IMG/VR virus record: IMGVR_UViG_3300020219_000004
Span: 1-42,276 of that record
Source: a virus
DNA: 42,276 bases
Strand: one strand, 5' to 3'
Notes under the pieces: model-generated
Told to the model about the DNA's origin: nothing
The model's database searches: none
What the model saw: the letters and a program-made list of their open reading frames with translations, nothing else
Shown: positions 33,833-41,078 of the stretch, piece by piece
Numbering within the stretch: the first letter of the stretch is position 1
How the letters are laid out: every line of letters begins with the position of its first letter
Made by a program: the position numbers and the translations under genes

Positions 33833-35466
33833 GCACTTGCTCCAGTCATCTGATTAATTTTTAATTGTTCTAATTGCCAAGCACGGTCAAAAGTTATTGA
33901 GCCATTGAGTGTGATAGCTATGCCCGCAACGTCTGTAGAATTTTCCACGACTGACTTCAATACTTTTACTGGGTCAATTACTCCGGCTTTGATTAGGTCT
34001 ATCGGTTCATCAGTCATGTTCATCACATTAAAGCCGTAACCTGGTTTAGCTTGTAGGACTTGGGATAGGTGGTAGCCTGGGTCTTGTCCGGCGTTGATCA
34101 TTAGTTGTTTGAAGGGTTCGGATAAGGCTTCACAAACTACGTTAAAACCCTCAAGTTCATCCTTATTCATATTTTCTAGTTTAGAGTCTTTGAATATACT
34201 AAACCTTGCCAACACAACAGCCCCACCAGCCACAATACCCTCATCTTTAGCGCATCGGGTGGCATGCACACTATCGTCTACACGAAATTTAGCTTCACGA
34301 CGAGTTGCTTCAGTTGCGCCACCAACTTTGATTATGCCTATTTTACCTTGTAATTTTGCGAGGCGCATTTCCATGCGTTCTTTTTGGTACTGGTTATATT
34401 TATCAGACTTGAGTTGTTTTTTAAGCGTGGTAATTCTTAAATTTACATCTTCAGTGACAGCATTGCCCCCGATTATGGTTGTACTATTTTGAGTAACAAT
34501 AATTTTTTCTGCGTCACCTAGATATTCTTTGGTTACTTTATCGGCCGGTAGGTTATTAGGTACTATCTTACCACCAGTCATGCAGGCTACGTCTTCTAAA
34601 AAGCCTAAAACTTGGTCGCCATAAACCGGAGGGTCTACTACACATACCTTTACTTTGCCAGCTTGATTGGTTAAAGCACAAACTTCTAACGCTTTAGCGC
34701 CTATATTGCCAATGATTAAAACTGTTTTATGTTCGGTGTCTTTGAATACCATTTCTAACATCGGAGCAATATCTTGGACGGAGTTTATTCTTTTCTCGGT
34801 GATCAAGATACTTACGTTGTCGTGGATAGCTTCTTCGGTTTCCCTGTCGGTCACGAAGTGGGGCATTACCCAGCCCTTTTCAAAATACAACCCCTCTACA
34901 ACGTCTTGTATCACGCCAAGGCCGTCGTATTCTTCTACTGTGATGCCTATACCACCAACTTTTATAACTGTATCAGCTACGAGTTTCCCTACTTCGGGGT
35001 CGGTAGCGGATATGGTGGCTACTTCGTGTAGTTTATTATCCGGCACAGGCGTGGCTAGTTTATCTAGTTCGCTTTTTATCCATATTGAGGCTTTGTCTAT
35101 TCCTTTGCGGAGGCCCATAGGGTTATAACCGGCGGCGATGCGCTGGTTAGCTAGACGCATGATGTGATAGCCAAGTAAAACTGTCGCGGATGTCCCGTCA
35201 CCGGATACATCATTACTCTTTTTACTGGCTTCGTGTAGTAGGTCAACGCCAGTGTCCATGAGTTCATCGGCTAGGTTAATTTCTCTTATGATAGATACGC
35301 CATCATGCGTTATGACTTTAGAGCCGTAGGACTTCTGTAAGGCTACATTACCACTTAACGGGCCATAAGCGCAGGCTACGGCTTCATAGGCTATCTTAGC
35401 GCCTGCTAAGGCCTTTATTCGGACTTCATCGCCTGTTGTTACTATTTTACTATCTCCCCTGCTCAT
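33829..35466 (-). CDS. groEL: GroEL-family (Cpn60) chaperonin
   Basis: SGDGTSATVLL (cf. AGDGTTTATVLA), IIKVGGATEATRREAKFRVDDSVHATRCAKDEGIVAGGAVVL and GVIDPVKVLKSVVENSTDVAG are the canonical GroEL blocks. ATG 35466 follows GGGAGGAG; the track start 35478 is less likely. Confidence 0.85.
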   Translation of the reverse strand: MSRGDSKIVTTGDEVRIKALAGAKIAYEAVACAYGPLSGNVALQKSYGSKVITHDGVSIIREINLADELMDTGVDLLHEASKKSNDVSGDGTSATVLLGYHIMRLANQRIAAGYNPMGLRKGIDKASIWIKSELDKLATPVPDNKLHEVATISATDPEVGKLVADTVIKVGGIGITVEEYDGLGVIQDVVEGLYFEKGWVMPHFVTDRETEEAIHDNVSILITEKRINSVQDIAPMLEMVFKDTEHKTVLIIGNIGAKALEVCALTNQAGKVKVCVVDPPVYGDQVLGFLEDVACMTGGKIVPNNLPADKVTKEYLGDAEKIIVTQNSTTIIGGNAVTEDVNLRITTLKKQLKSDKYNQYQKERMEMRLAKLQGKIGIIKVGGATEATRREAKFRVDDSVHATRCAKDEGIVAGGAVVLARFSIFKDSKLENMNKDELEGFNVVCEALSEPFKQLMINAGQDPGYHLSQVLQAKPGYGFNVMNMTDEPIDLIKAGVIDPVKVLKSVVENSTDVAGIAITLNGSITFDRAWQLEQLKINQMTGASA

Positions 35467-35762
35467 TTCTCCTCCCAAGCTATTACACGGCTTATTAAAA
35501 CTAACGACAAGCCTTGCTGTTCTAATTCTATAGGCGTATTGGCCTCGGAGTGTTTTTCAACATAGATAATCTGCCCGATGTCATAGTGAGTGTCTACCAG
35601 CACACCATATTCAAGATAACCTTGATGTTTGTCCATTAATGGTATTGGCGTTTCAATTATCTCAAACCGTTGATGAGTATCCTCAATATCCGCGGCAAGA
35701 CTAAGCCCAGTATCACGCTCTAACTTCTTAACTAACAGATAATTATATGCTGGTTTTATCAT
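35463..35762 (-). CDS. GroES-like co-chaperonin (divergent)
   Basis: 99 aa. IKPAYNYLLVKKLE vs GroES IRPLHDRVIVKRKE, GQIIYVEKHS vs GDIVIFNDGYG, and a C-terminal LVLISRVIAW. ATGA-coupled to the GroEL gene. Confidence 0.55.
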   Translation of the reverse strand: MIKPAYNYLLVKKLERDTGLSLAADIEDTHQRFEIIETPIPLMDKHQGYLEYGVLVDTHYDIGQIIYVEKHSEANTPIELEQQGLSLVLISRVIAWEEK

Positions 35763-36135
35763 AAGTTCCTTTCGTTAATTGCAGCCTCCAGTATAACTTT
35801 TCGGCTTCTCTATTTTTCTCACAATATGTATGAGCCTGTAGGATCAGTTTATCAGTAATCTCTTTACCTTTTCTTTCTACTTGCCACGCATCGTGTTCGG
35901 TTTTATGTTCACCAAACCATTTATGGTCTGGGCGGCATAGTGCATCTACGTTCAACGGTTCAAATCTCGTACCCTCTTTGCCTCGACTTTGCCAGTGTGA
36001 GGCATCCAGGCCAGTGATACCTTTGTCCCCGTAGCCAGGCTTACCACACTTCTGACAAACCTTATCCCTGCGCCTTATCCATTCAGAGAAGGCATCATCA
36101 GCAGGGTCTCTTTTAATCTTATACCACGACATCAA
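35743..36135 (-). CDS. NinG/Rap-like structure-specific nuclease
   Basis: FSEWIRRRDKVCQKCGK...LDASHWQSRGKEGTRFEPLNVDALCRPDH matches the NinG pattern (FxxxIRxRD..CxxC...H...RG...RF...N...C). Confidence 0.5.
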   Translation of the reverse strand: MMSWYKIKRDPADDAFSEWIRRRDKVCQKCGKPGYGDKGITGLDASHWQSRGKEGTRFEPLNVDALCRPDHKWFGEHKTEHDAWQVERKGKEITDKLILQAHTYCEKNREAEKLYWRLQLTKGTYDKTSI

Positions 36136-36620
36136 AGCTTTCCCGTGTACTTAATTGAATTGTCTTGTACTGTCGTCCAGCGCATATTGTTAGCTACATA
36201 GCCAATGGCATTGTCAATACGGTCTATTGATGGCGTTAGCTTTCGGGTAAATCCGCTAGTTTCCCATTGTTTGTAAGTTTGCTCAAAATTATCCATGTTA
36301 TTTTTGAGCCAGATGCAGTAGTCGGCATAAGTTAGCATTTTTGTGCCTTCGATTTTGTATTTACGAATTGCACGACCTTCAACCCTCTGCCTGATTTGGC
36401 TGTAGCGATGATTAAACATCCGTTTTCGGCTTGTGCGTTGTCTAGTCTTGTCATATTCATGGTACTGGTCTTTCCTGATATTGTAATTTTGTCTGACATC
36501 TAACTTGTTACATTCTTTACACTTATTTACATGACCATCTGGCATCCGGGGGTGTTCGTAAAAGGCTGTTAGGGGTTTTTCTTTTCCACATTTGAAACAT
36601 ATTTTATTCATATGTTCCAT
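36132..36620 (-). CDS. Zinc-ribbon plus DRID-motif (HNH_3-like) endonuclease-like protein
   Basis: CFKCGKEKPLTAF...NKCKEC at the N-terminus and PSIDRIDNAIGYVANNMRWTTVQDN at the C-terminus. Confidence 0.55.
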   Translation of the reverse strand: MEHMNKICFKCGKEKPLTAFYEHPRMPDGHVNKCKECNKLDVRQNYNIRKDQYHEYDKTRQRTSRKRMFNHRYSQIRQRVEGRAIRKYKIEGTKMLTYADYCIWLKNNMDNFEQTYKQWETSGFTRKLTPSIDRIDNAIGYVANNMRWTTVQDNSIKYTGKL

Positions 36621-36651
36621 TCTAAGGACAGTTTAAGGAGTTGTCAAGCTC

Positions 36652-37239
36652 CTAATTAAAAGGTATGTCGTCAAGGTTAATCTTTTCTTCCACCTCCTCA
36701 TCACTAACCTCAACAGCATCAGGAAAGGCTTTATTAGCACCAGATTTTATATCAGCTGCAACTGCCTTGGCCTTATCATATCCACTGGTCTGATCTATTT
36801 CATCTTGTGGCTTGTAATAGGTCATACGTTGACCTTCTTCAATCTTTGCATCTAAATCAATCTCACGGAGTTTGCCAATCATTTCGTTGGTTAGCGTCTC
36901 GGATGTTGGTAATGCCGTAACTGTATGTCGGCTTTCAATCCCCGTCCCAGTGGTAGTAATTTTAATATCAGTATTTTTAATGTTTGCCCCAAAATCTTCA
37001 TCTTGGTGGATAGCCTGGACTTGCTTGGCTACGCCTGGGGTAGTATTAAGAATACCAGCCTTATCATTATTGTAATCCCAGGCAATAAACCCAAAACGGG
37101 TATTACCGAATTTATCCATTGATACTACGGGGTCGGTTGTCACTATCCGTAACTTACGCGGGCTGTCATCGCTGTTTAATTTGATGAATAGTCCACCTGC
37201 AAACTTGAAATCTCGAAGACCATCTTTTTCACTCATCAT
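36652..37239 (-). CDS. ssb: Single-stranded DNA-binding protein with acidic DDIPF tail
   Basis: The C-terminus EEKINLDDIPFN resembles the bacterial SSB tip (DDDIPF). AAGGAGG precedes ATGATG at 37239/37236. The GTG-start extension to 37356 in the track is unlikely. Confidence 0.65.
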   Translation of the reverse strand: MMSEKDGLRDFKFAGGLFIKLNSDDSPRKLRIVTTDPVVSMDKFGNTRFGFIAWDYNNDKAGILNTTPGVAKQVQAIHQDEDFGANIKNTDIKITTTGTGIESRHTVTALPTSETLTNEMIGKLREIDLDAKIEEGQRMTYYKPQDEIDQTSGYDKAKAVAADIKSGANKAFPDAVEVSDEEVEEKINLDDIPFN

Positions 37240-37363
37240 CGTCCTCCTTATAATTATTATCTTCTTCGTCTGTATGCGTACAATCTCCATCTGAGCATTG
37301 ATGATGTAAGAAGCAGGTTGTCTGCCCATCATCTTTGCCCTGGGTATCACATTCACATTTCAT
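37229..37363 (-). CDS. Possible small Cys/Asp-rich peptide (44 aa)
   Basis: MKCECDTQGKDDGQTTCFLHHQCSDGDCTHTDEEDNNYKEDDDE fills the gap between 37353..37673 and the SSB start. Weak SD. Confidence 0.25.
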   Translation of the reverse strand: MKCECDTQGKDDGQTTCFLHHQCSDGDCTHTDEEDNNYKEDDDE

Positions 37364-37673
37364 ATTCGCTTCTCTCAGCATACTCTAGTGGCTGAAACTT
37401 ACCCCACGGCACCACAAAACATTCCATGCCATTATTATCGAACTTTGTCCTCTTCGGTACGTCCTTTCTTCTTAAAAACCAGTCTCCAGCAAATATACTA
37501 TCCTCACCGACCCTGGTAAAAACTAATTTAATATCTCTTATGTTGCGGTTGATCTTCCGCTTAGCTATGTAGACTTCTACCATGTCTGTCGAGCCACCTC
37601 TTATGTAGCCCGCATAATGGGGCTCCCAGATGTCTCCGATGTAGTTTAACTGGGTGAATTTATCTACTAGCAC
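37353..37673 (-). CDS. Hypothetical protein
   Basis: 106-aa ORF. Confidence 0.5.
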   Translation of the reverse strand: MLVDKFTQLNYIGDIWEPHYAGYIRGGSTDMVEVYIAKRKINRNIRDIKLVFTRVGEDSIFAGDWFLRRKDVPKRTKFDNNGMECFVVPWGKFQPLEYAERSEYEM

Positions 37674-38110
37674 AGTAATTGCTCCTCGGCAGCCATTCGC
37701 ATCATTATTGCATCTTCTTTGTTAGTGAAAGTGCCTAAATGATAATTAATACTACTAAAAGCAATCAAAGTTCGCCAAGTATTATAACCGGTATCATAAA
37801 CACCTTGGTAGCTTGACGTATTATTTCTATTCATACGCCTATTCCTCCGCTGTTCCGTTGGCGTGGCCCACCTACAATTAGATGGTTCATAGTTACCGTA
37901 GGGGTCTATTCTATCTAAGGTTTTATCTATTGGTCTGATGCCCATATCCTTTAAGAAATTGTTAAAAATTAACCAAGGTTCATAAATTTTTATCCCCACT
38001 TTTCCGTATTTCCAATAGGAGGTAGCTGTAGGGCTGAGACAACGGGCTTTCATTGACTTCCATGAGTAGTAAGTGGGTGTATTAGTCATCTTGTGTTTTA
38101 TTTTGCCCAT
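37667..38110 (-). CDS. AP2-domain homing-endonuclease-like protein
   Basis: The N-terminal half has TPTYYSWKSMKARC...LDRIDPYGNYEPSNCRWATPTEQRRN. The C-terminal half has YQGVY...WRTLI...LGTFTNKEDAIMMRMAAE (AP2 fold signature). Confidence 0.6.
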   Translation of the reverse strand: MGKIKHKMTNTPTYYSWKSMKARCLSPTATSYWKYGKVGIKIYEPWLIFNNFLKDMGIRPIDKTLDRIDPYGNYEPSNCRWATPTEQRRNRRMNRNNTSSYQGVYDTGYNTWRTLIAFSSINYHLGTFTNKEDAIMMRMAAEEQLLC

Positions 38111-38973
38111 TCTTTTTTCCCTTTCTCCTTTTTTATGTAAAGTTGAACAGAATCAGGGTAACGTGTAAGAGAAGGGGGGGCAGGAAAGTTACCTAGATAT
38201 TCAATAGCTGTTTCGTAAATACGTTTGAAAGACTTATAGGTTAATAAACTCTCCGAAAAATCAAAGCCATGTTTATGTTTTGGGCTGTATCGCCAAGTAA
38301 ACGCTCTAGTAACTGGGCTACCTTTACGAGTTTTATTGTTCATCGTTTTATAGGCTGCGACCTGGATTTTATGACTATAGGCATTCCTTGCACTGAATTT
38401 CCAATCGATGATGATGTGAACTCGTTTTTTACTAGGCAAGTCCAACCACTTTTCCTTGAGTTGAACGTCACCCTCTGAATCAATATTTAGGTACTTATTA
38501 GGGTCTAGGAGGCATTCTAAGCGCCACTCCTCAACATAGCCCTTAAAGTCCAGCGTACCGGCTACACGTAGGTCTGGGTCGGCTACAATTAACTCAGTGA
38601 AATACTTGCCAGGGTCTAAAAATCTTATGAAACGTATGAACATAGCTATCCCAGCTTTTTCAAAAGTAGACCGATAATCATTTTTTAAGTCAAGCTTTTT
38701 GGCTCGCATTAATTGGTCTAGCGCATCATGTAGCTTAGAACCTCTATCACCAGTCATCTGTAATCGTTCTTTTGATTCTTCATACGAAGTAACGCGCCAA
38801 TATTCTCGCAAACCTTCTGGTACTGGCCCACCAATATCTATGGTCTGAGTAACAGATAAATAATATTGCTTTTCCTCTCCAATAAGCCCTCCGTAGTAAA
38901 AATGCTCTGAATCTGTTTCATAGCGCATAATCTCACAATTACTTAGTTCGTAGAGGGTTTCGGTGTCGCTCAT
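38098..38973 (-). CDS. PD-(D/E)XK (RecB/Cas4-like) exonuclease
   Basis: GSKLHD, AGTLD, IIIDWKFS and QVAAY occur in the order expected for PD-(D/E)XK motifs I-IV. Confidence 0.6.
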   Translation of the reverse strand: MSDTETLYELSNCEIMRYETDSEHFYYGGLIGEEKQYYLSVTQTIDIGGPVPEGLREYWRVTSYEESKERLQMTGDRGSKLHDALDQLMRAKKLDLKNDYRSTFEKAGIAMFIRFIRFLDPGKYFTELIVADPDLRVAGTLDFKGYVEEWRLECLLDPNKYLNIDSEGDVQLKEKWLDLPSKKRVHIIIDWKFSARNAYSHKIQVAAYKTMNNKTRKGSPVTRAFTWRYSPKHKHGFDFSESLLTYKSFKRIYETAIEYLGNFPAPPSLTRYPDSVQLYIKKEKGKKEWAK

Positions 38974-39125
38974 AAACGCTCTCCAAACTTAAACCACTTT
39001 ACAACTCTAAACTTAATAACACGCCGTTGCTGTTTGTTACATCCTTCGCACCACCTAATTTGGTAGCCCTCAGCAGTACCGTTCCAATCAGACCATTTAT
39101 GAAATACTGAGCAAAATAATATCAT
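38970..39125 (-). CDS. Small zinc-ribbon protein (51 aa)
   Basis: MILFCSVFHKWSDWNGTAEGYQIRWCEGCNKQQRRV...; ATGA overlaps with both neighbours. Below the ORF-track cutoff. Confidence 0.45.
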   Translation of the reverse strand: MILFCSVFHKWSDWNGTAEGYQIRWCEGCNKQQRRVIKFRVVKWFKFGERL

Positions 39126-39400
39126 ATTTTAGTAACCTTATCGCGCGGTATCAAAAAACCCTTCAGTGTCAAAGCCGCCAAAATAGCCACAACCTTCTGG
39201 GGATGATCTAGCCCGCAGTCTTTGGCTAACTGACGCTGAGATACTATAGGCTTGCCACTAACTAAATAGTCATAGACAGACTGTTGCTGTTCCGTAAGCC
39301 CTATCTGCTTGCGCGTACGGTCAAATAAGCCTACAACTTTCTTAGCCATATCCTCAGAGCCGGTGGCTTCTATCAATTCTTCGAAAAAACTATCAGTCAT
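39122..39400 (-). CDS. Winged-helix DNA-binding protein (putative)
   Basis: 92 aa; SQRQLAKDCGLDHPQKVVAILAALTLKGFL resembles a wHTH. Confidence 0.5.
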   Translation of the reverse strand: MTDSFFEELIEATGSEDMAKKVVGLFDRTRKQIGLTEQQQSVYDYLVSGKPIVSQRQLAKDCGLDHPQKVVAILAALTLKGFLIPRDKVTKI

Positions 39401-39720
39401 TACTTACCCCCCCACTCGCTGAGTTCTGGCTCGGTGGCAGGCTCAGGGGCAGGCACGGTGGGTTGCCAAGGTTTAAGTTGCTCTTCAGTAAGTTTTTCGC
39501 ACCCTGGGTCGTTTGCCGACACTGCTTCAGTGTATGGGCAGGCGTTATACCAACTAAAGCCACATATTACGTTGCCGTCTTTGCCTATACCTCGCTCAAA
39601 GTAAGCACCTTCACTTGTTGCCGTGGGGCATTTTATTACTGGCACACTCGCGCTGACTGACAAAATACTAAATATACTAAATATTAAAACACTTAGGGTA
39701 ACTAATAATAACCTTTTAAT
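39400..39720 (-). CDS. Secreted Cys-rich small protein, probable AUU start
   Basis: AAGGAGG lies 5 nt before ATT 39720. The N-terminus is signal-peptide-like (IKRLLLVTLSVLIFSIFSILSVSASV). The track ATG at 39855 lies upstream of the predicted promoter. Confidence 0.45.
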   Translation of the reverse strand: MKRLLLVTLSVLIFSIFSILSVSASVPVIKCPTATSEGAYFERGIGKDGNVICGFSWYNACPYTEAVSANDPGCEKLTEEQLKPWQPTVPAPEPATEPELSEWGGK

Positions 39721-39745
39721 CTGTTCCTCCTTATTTAATACCTGT

Positions 39746-39774
39746 ATTGTATAGCATGGTGGGGGGGGTGTCAA
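39746..39774 (-). promoter_or_regulatory. Minus-strand promoter TTGACA-N17-TACAAT
   Basis: Minus strand reads ctaTTGACAccccccccaccatgctaTACAATacagg; drives the minus-strand replication/recombination block. Confidence 0.55.
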
Positions 39775-39795
39775 TAGCCAGAATGTAATCCACGG

Positions 39796-39824
39796 TTGAC
39801 ATACACGTATTAGGCGTGTACTAT
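39796..39824 (+). promoter_or_regulatory. Early plus-strand promoter TTGACA-N17-TACTAT, 6 nt before the RHH ATG (leaderless)
   Basis: cggTTGACAtacacgtattaggcgtgTACTATacctgtATG. The inverted repeat TACACG-N7-CGTGTA lies in the spacer. Confidence 0.6.
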
Positions 39825-39830
39825 ACCTGT

Positions 39831-40010
39831 ATGAAAAGAGAGCCAACAATAGCAATCCGTCCTGATATATACGAACTATTAAAAGCTGAAGCTAAAAAAG
39901 ATAAACGCTCAGTCAAAGTATATTTAGAGTTACTGTTAGAGGAAGCATTGAATAGAGACACCATCGCTGGGGGTAAAGCTTCCTCTCTACCCTTGGCGGT
40001 GGGCGCATGA
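39831..40010 (+). CDS. Ribbon-helix-helix (CopG/Arc-type) regulator
   Basis: MKREPTIAIRPDIYELLKAEAKKDKRSVKVYLELLLEEAL has a beta-strand plus two-helix pattern. The track start 39816 lies upstream of the predicted transcription start. Confidence 0.6.
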   Translation: MKREPTIAIRPDIYELLKAEAKKDKRSVKVYLELLLEEALNRDTIAGGKASSLPLAVGA

Positions 40011-40056
40011 GTTCGAGTCTCCTGCCACAGGTTGATTTGTGAACTAGCTCATGCGC
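40003..40056 (+). promoter_or_regulatory. Stem-loop (9-bp perfect stem GCGCATGAG/CTCATGCGC) preceding a conserved initiation cassette
   Basis: Read directly. Followed by AAACTAAAGAAAGGATAA-ATG, as at 32465..32526. Confidence 0.4.
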
Positions 40057-40080
40057 TCTCTAAACTAAAGAAAGGATAAT

Positions 40081-40179
40081 ATGATTATGAGCAACAACAT
40101 CTGTTCCGACTGCGGATATGACGTATTCGATATGACGCTCAGTGAGCATATTAAAATTCATAAACTGAAAGGGGAGTGA
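40081..40179 (+). CDS. Small CxxC peptide (32 aa)
   Basis: MIMSNNICSDCGYDVFDMTLSEHIKIHKLKGE; the conserved cassette lies upstream. Confidence 0.35.
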   Translation: MIMSNNICSDCGYDVFDMTLSEHIKIHKLKGE

Positions 40180-40463
40180 TGAGCCAAGACATACTTACAG
40201 AGCTAGATATTGAATGGGCGAAGGTGGTTTCATTAGCATACATACCCAGGAAAAGAGGTGAACCAGTCACTTTTGATTTAGTTGAATTAAGGTCGTTTAT
40301 CCAAGACCTTATAACAGGAGCAGAAGAAGCTACTGCCAGTAAGATTTTTAACCTAGCTCACAAATATGCCCAAGAGGATAAAACTATGATAGGCTCAGAA
40401 GAATTGAGAGCGTACCACTACTACAACGCAATACATATAATAGGAAAGTTTGAGGGGAGATGA
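40176..40463 (+). CDS. Hypothetical early protein
   Basis: 95-aa ORF (likely ATG 40179). Confidence 0.5.
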   Translation: MMSQDILTELDIEWAKVVSLAYIPRKRGEPVTFDLVELRSFIQDLITGAEEATASKIFNLAHKYAQEDKTMIGSEELRAYHYYNAIHIIGKFEGR

Positions 40464-40564
40464 ATGAAATGACCTACACCACCATAGCTTTACTGGGTTT
40501 AATTTTGGCTCTGATGTTATTGCTCGTCCCCCAAGTGAGTAGTTTAATAGTGGGGGGATTGTGA
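40460..40564 (+). CDS. Small hydrophobic peptide (34 aa)
   Basis: MNEMTYTTIALLGLILALMLLLVPQVSSLIVGGL; ATGA overlap with the upstream stop. Confidence 0.3.
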   Translation: MNEMTYTTIALLGLILALMLLLVPQVSSLIVGGL

Positions 40565-40683
40565 AGCTTAAAATTAGATTCTGTCAAAGGTGCAAGCATC
40601 GTCATACCATAGACGAAGGTTGCCTGTAATGTTTATATGCTTGATTATTTTCGGGTGAGAGTTTAAGCTTATAGAGACTAATT

Positions 40684-40757
40684 TAGTTTCACTTCAGAAA
40701 TTAAAATAGTTGTTTAACAATAGAAAACCCCTCTTTTGGAGGGGCTAGTTTCACTTC
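40684..40757 (+). repeat. 12-nt direct repeat TAGTTTCACTTC (40684..40695 and 40746..40757) flanking a hairpin
   Basis: Read directly. The hairpin CCCCTC-ttttg-GAGGGG (40728..40744) lies between the copies. Confidence 0.5.
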
Positions 40758-41043
40758 GCTTTTGATTATACACGATAGCGTTGCTGTTAGGCAAATACAT
40801 TTTTACTTTGGTTGTTCTCAGCCAACCAGAAAACAAAACTGAATGTTAGTAGGTAGAGTTAAATTGCTCGCTCTGACCAACCGCCTGTCAACGAGCAACC
40901 TGCTCTGCTTACTAAGACCCAACACAACGTAGATTTCAGGGGGTTTACGTTTGAGGGTAAGTGACAATTATCACAACCATCCCAGTGCAGGGGGATAGAG
41001 GCGGTCGTGTCTTTCGCCTAAACAGTGGATAGACTCAATGGGC

Positions 41044-41072
41044 TTGACAAAGCGTTTCATTACCGTTACGCT
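41044..41072 (+). promoter_or_regulatory. Promoter TTGACA-N17-TACGCT, 6 nt before an ATG (leaderless geometry)
   Basis: ggcTTGACAaagcgtttcattaccgtTACGCTagagacATG. Confidence 0.5.
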
Positions 41073-41078
41073 AGAGAC

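Noticed and set aside
37240-37356. N-terminal 39-residue extension of the SSB gene (GTG start at 37356)
   Set aside because: AAGGAGG sits directly before ATGATG at 37239/37236. The extension (MNVIPRAKMMGRQPASYIINAQMEIVRIQTKKIIIIRRT) looks non-protein-like and overlaps the upstream gene end.
39816-39830. Lysogeny module: the RHH regulator and divergent promoters read as a temperate switch
   Set aside because: No integrase, excisionase, partition genes or CI-like repressor were recognised. The switch-like promoter layout alone does not demonstrate a temperate lifestyle.
40003-40030. tRNA-like T-arm (GAGTTCGAGTCTC followed by ...GCCACA); considered as a tRNA gene or a tRNA-derived attP core
   Set aside because: No matching 5' acceptor strand, D-arm or anticodon arm upstream. 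The T-stem has a mismatch. The segment is better explained as the inner part of a 9-bp-stem hairpin (40003..40056) that has a structural counterpart at 32465..32500. No integrase is present.
40684-40757. Mini-CRISPR array or solitary CRISPR-like repeat units
   Set aside because: Only two copies of a 12-nt motif are present. That is far shorter than CRISPR repeats, and the units have neither the internal palindrome nor the regular spacing.
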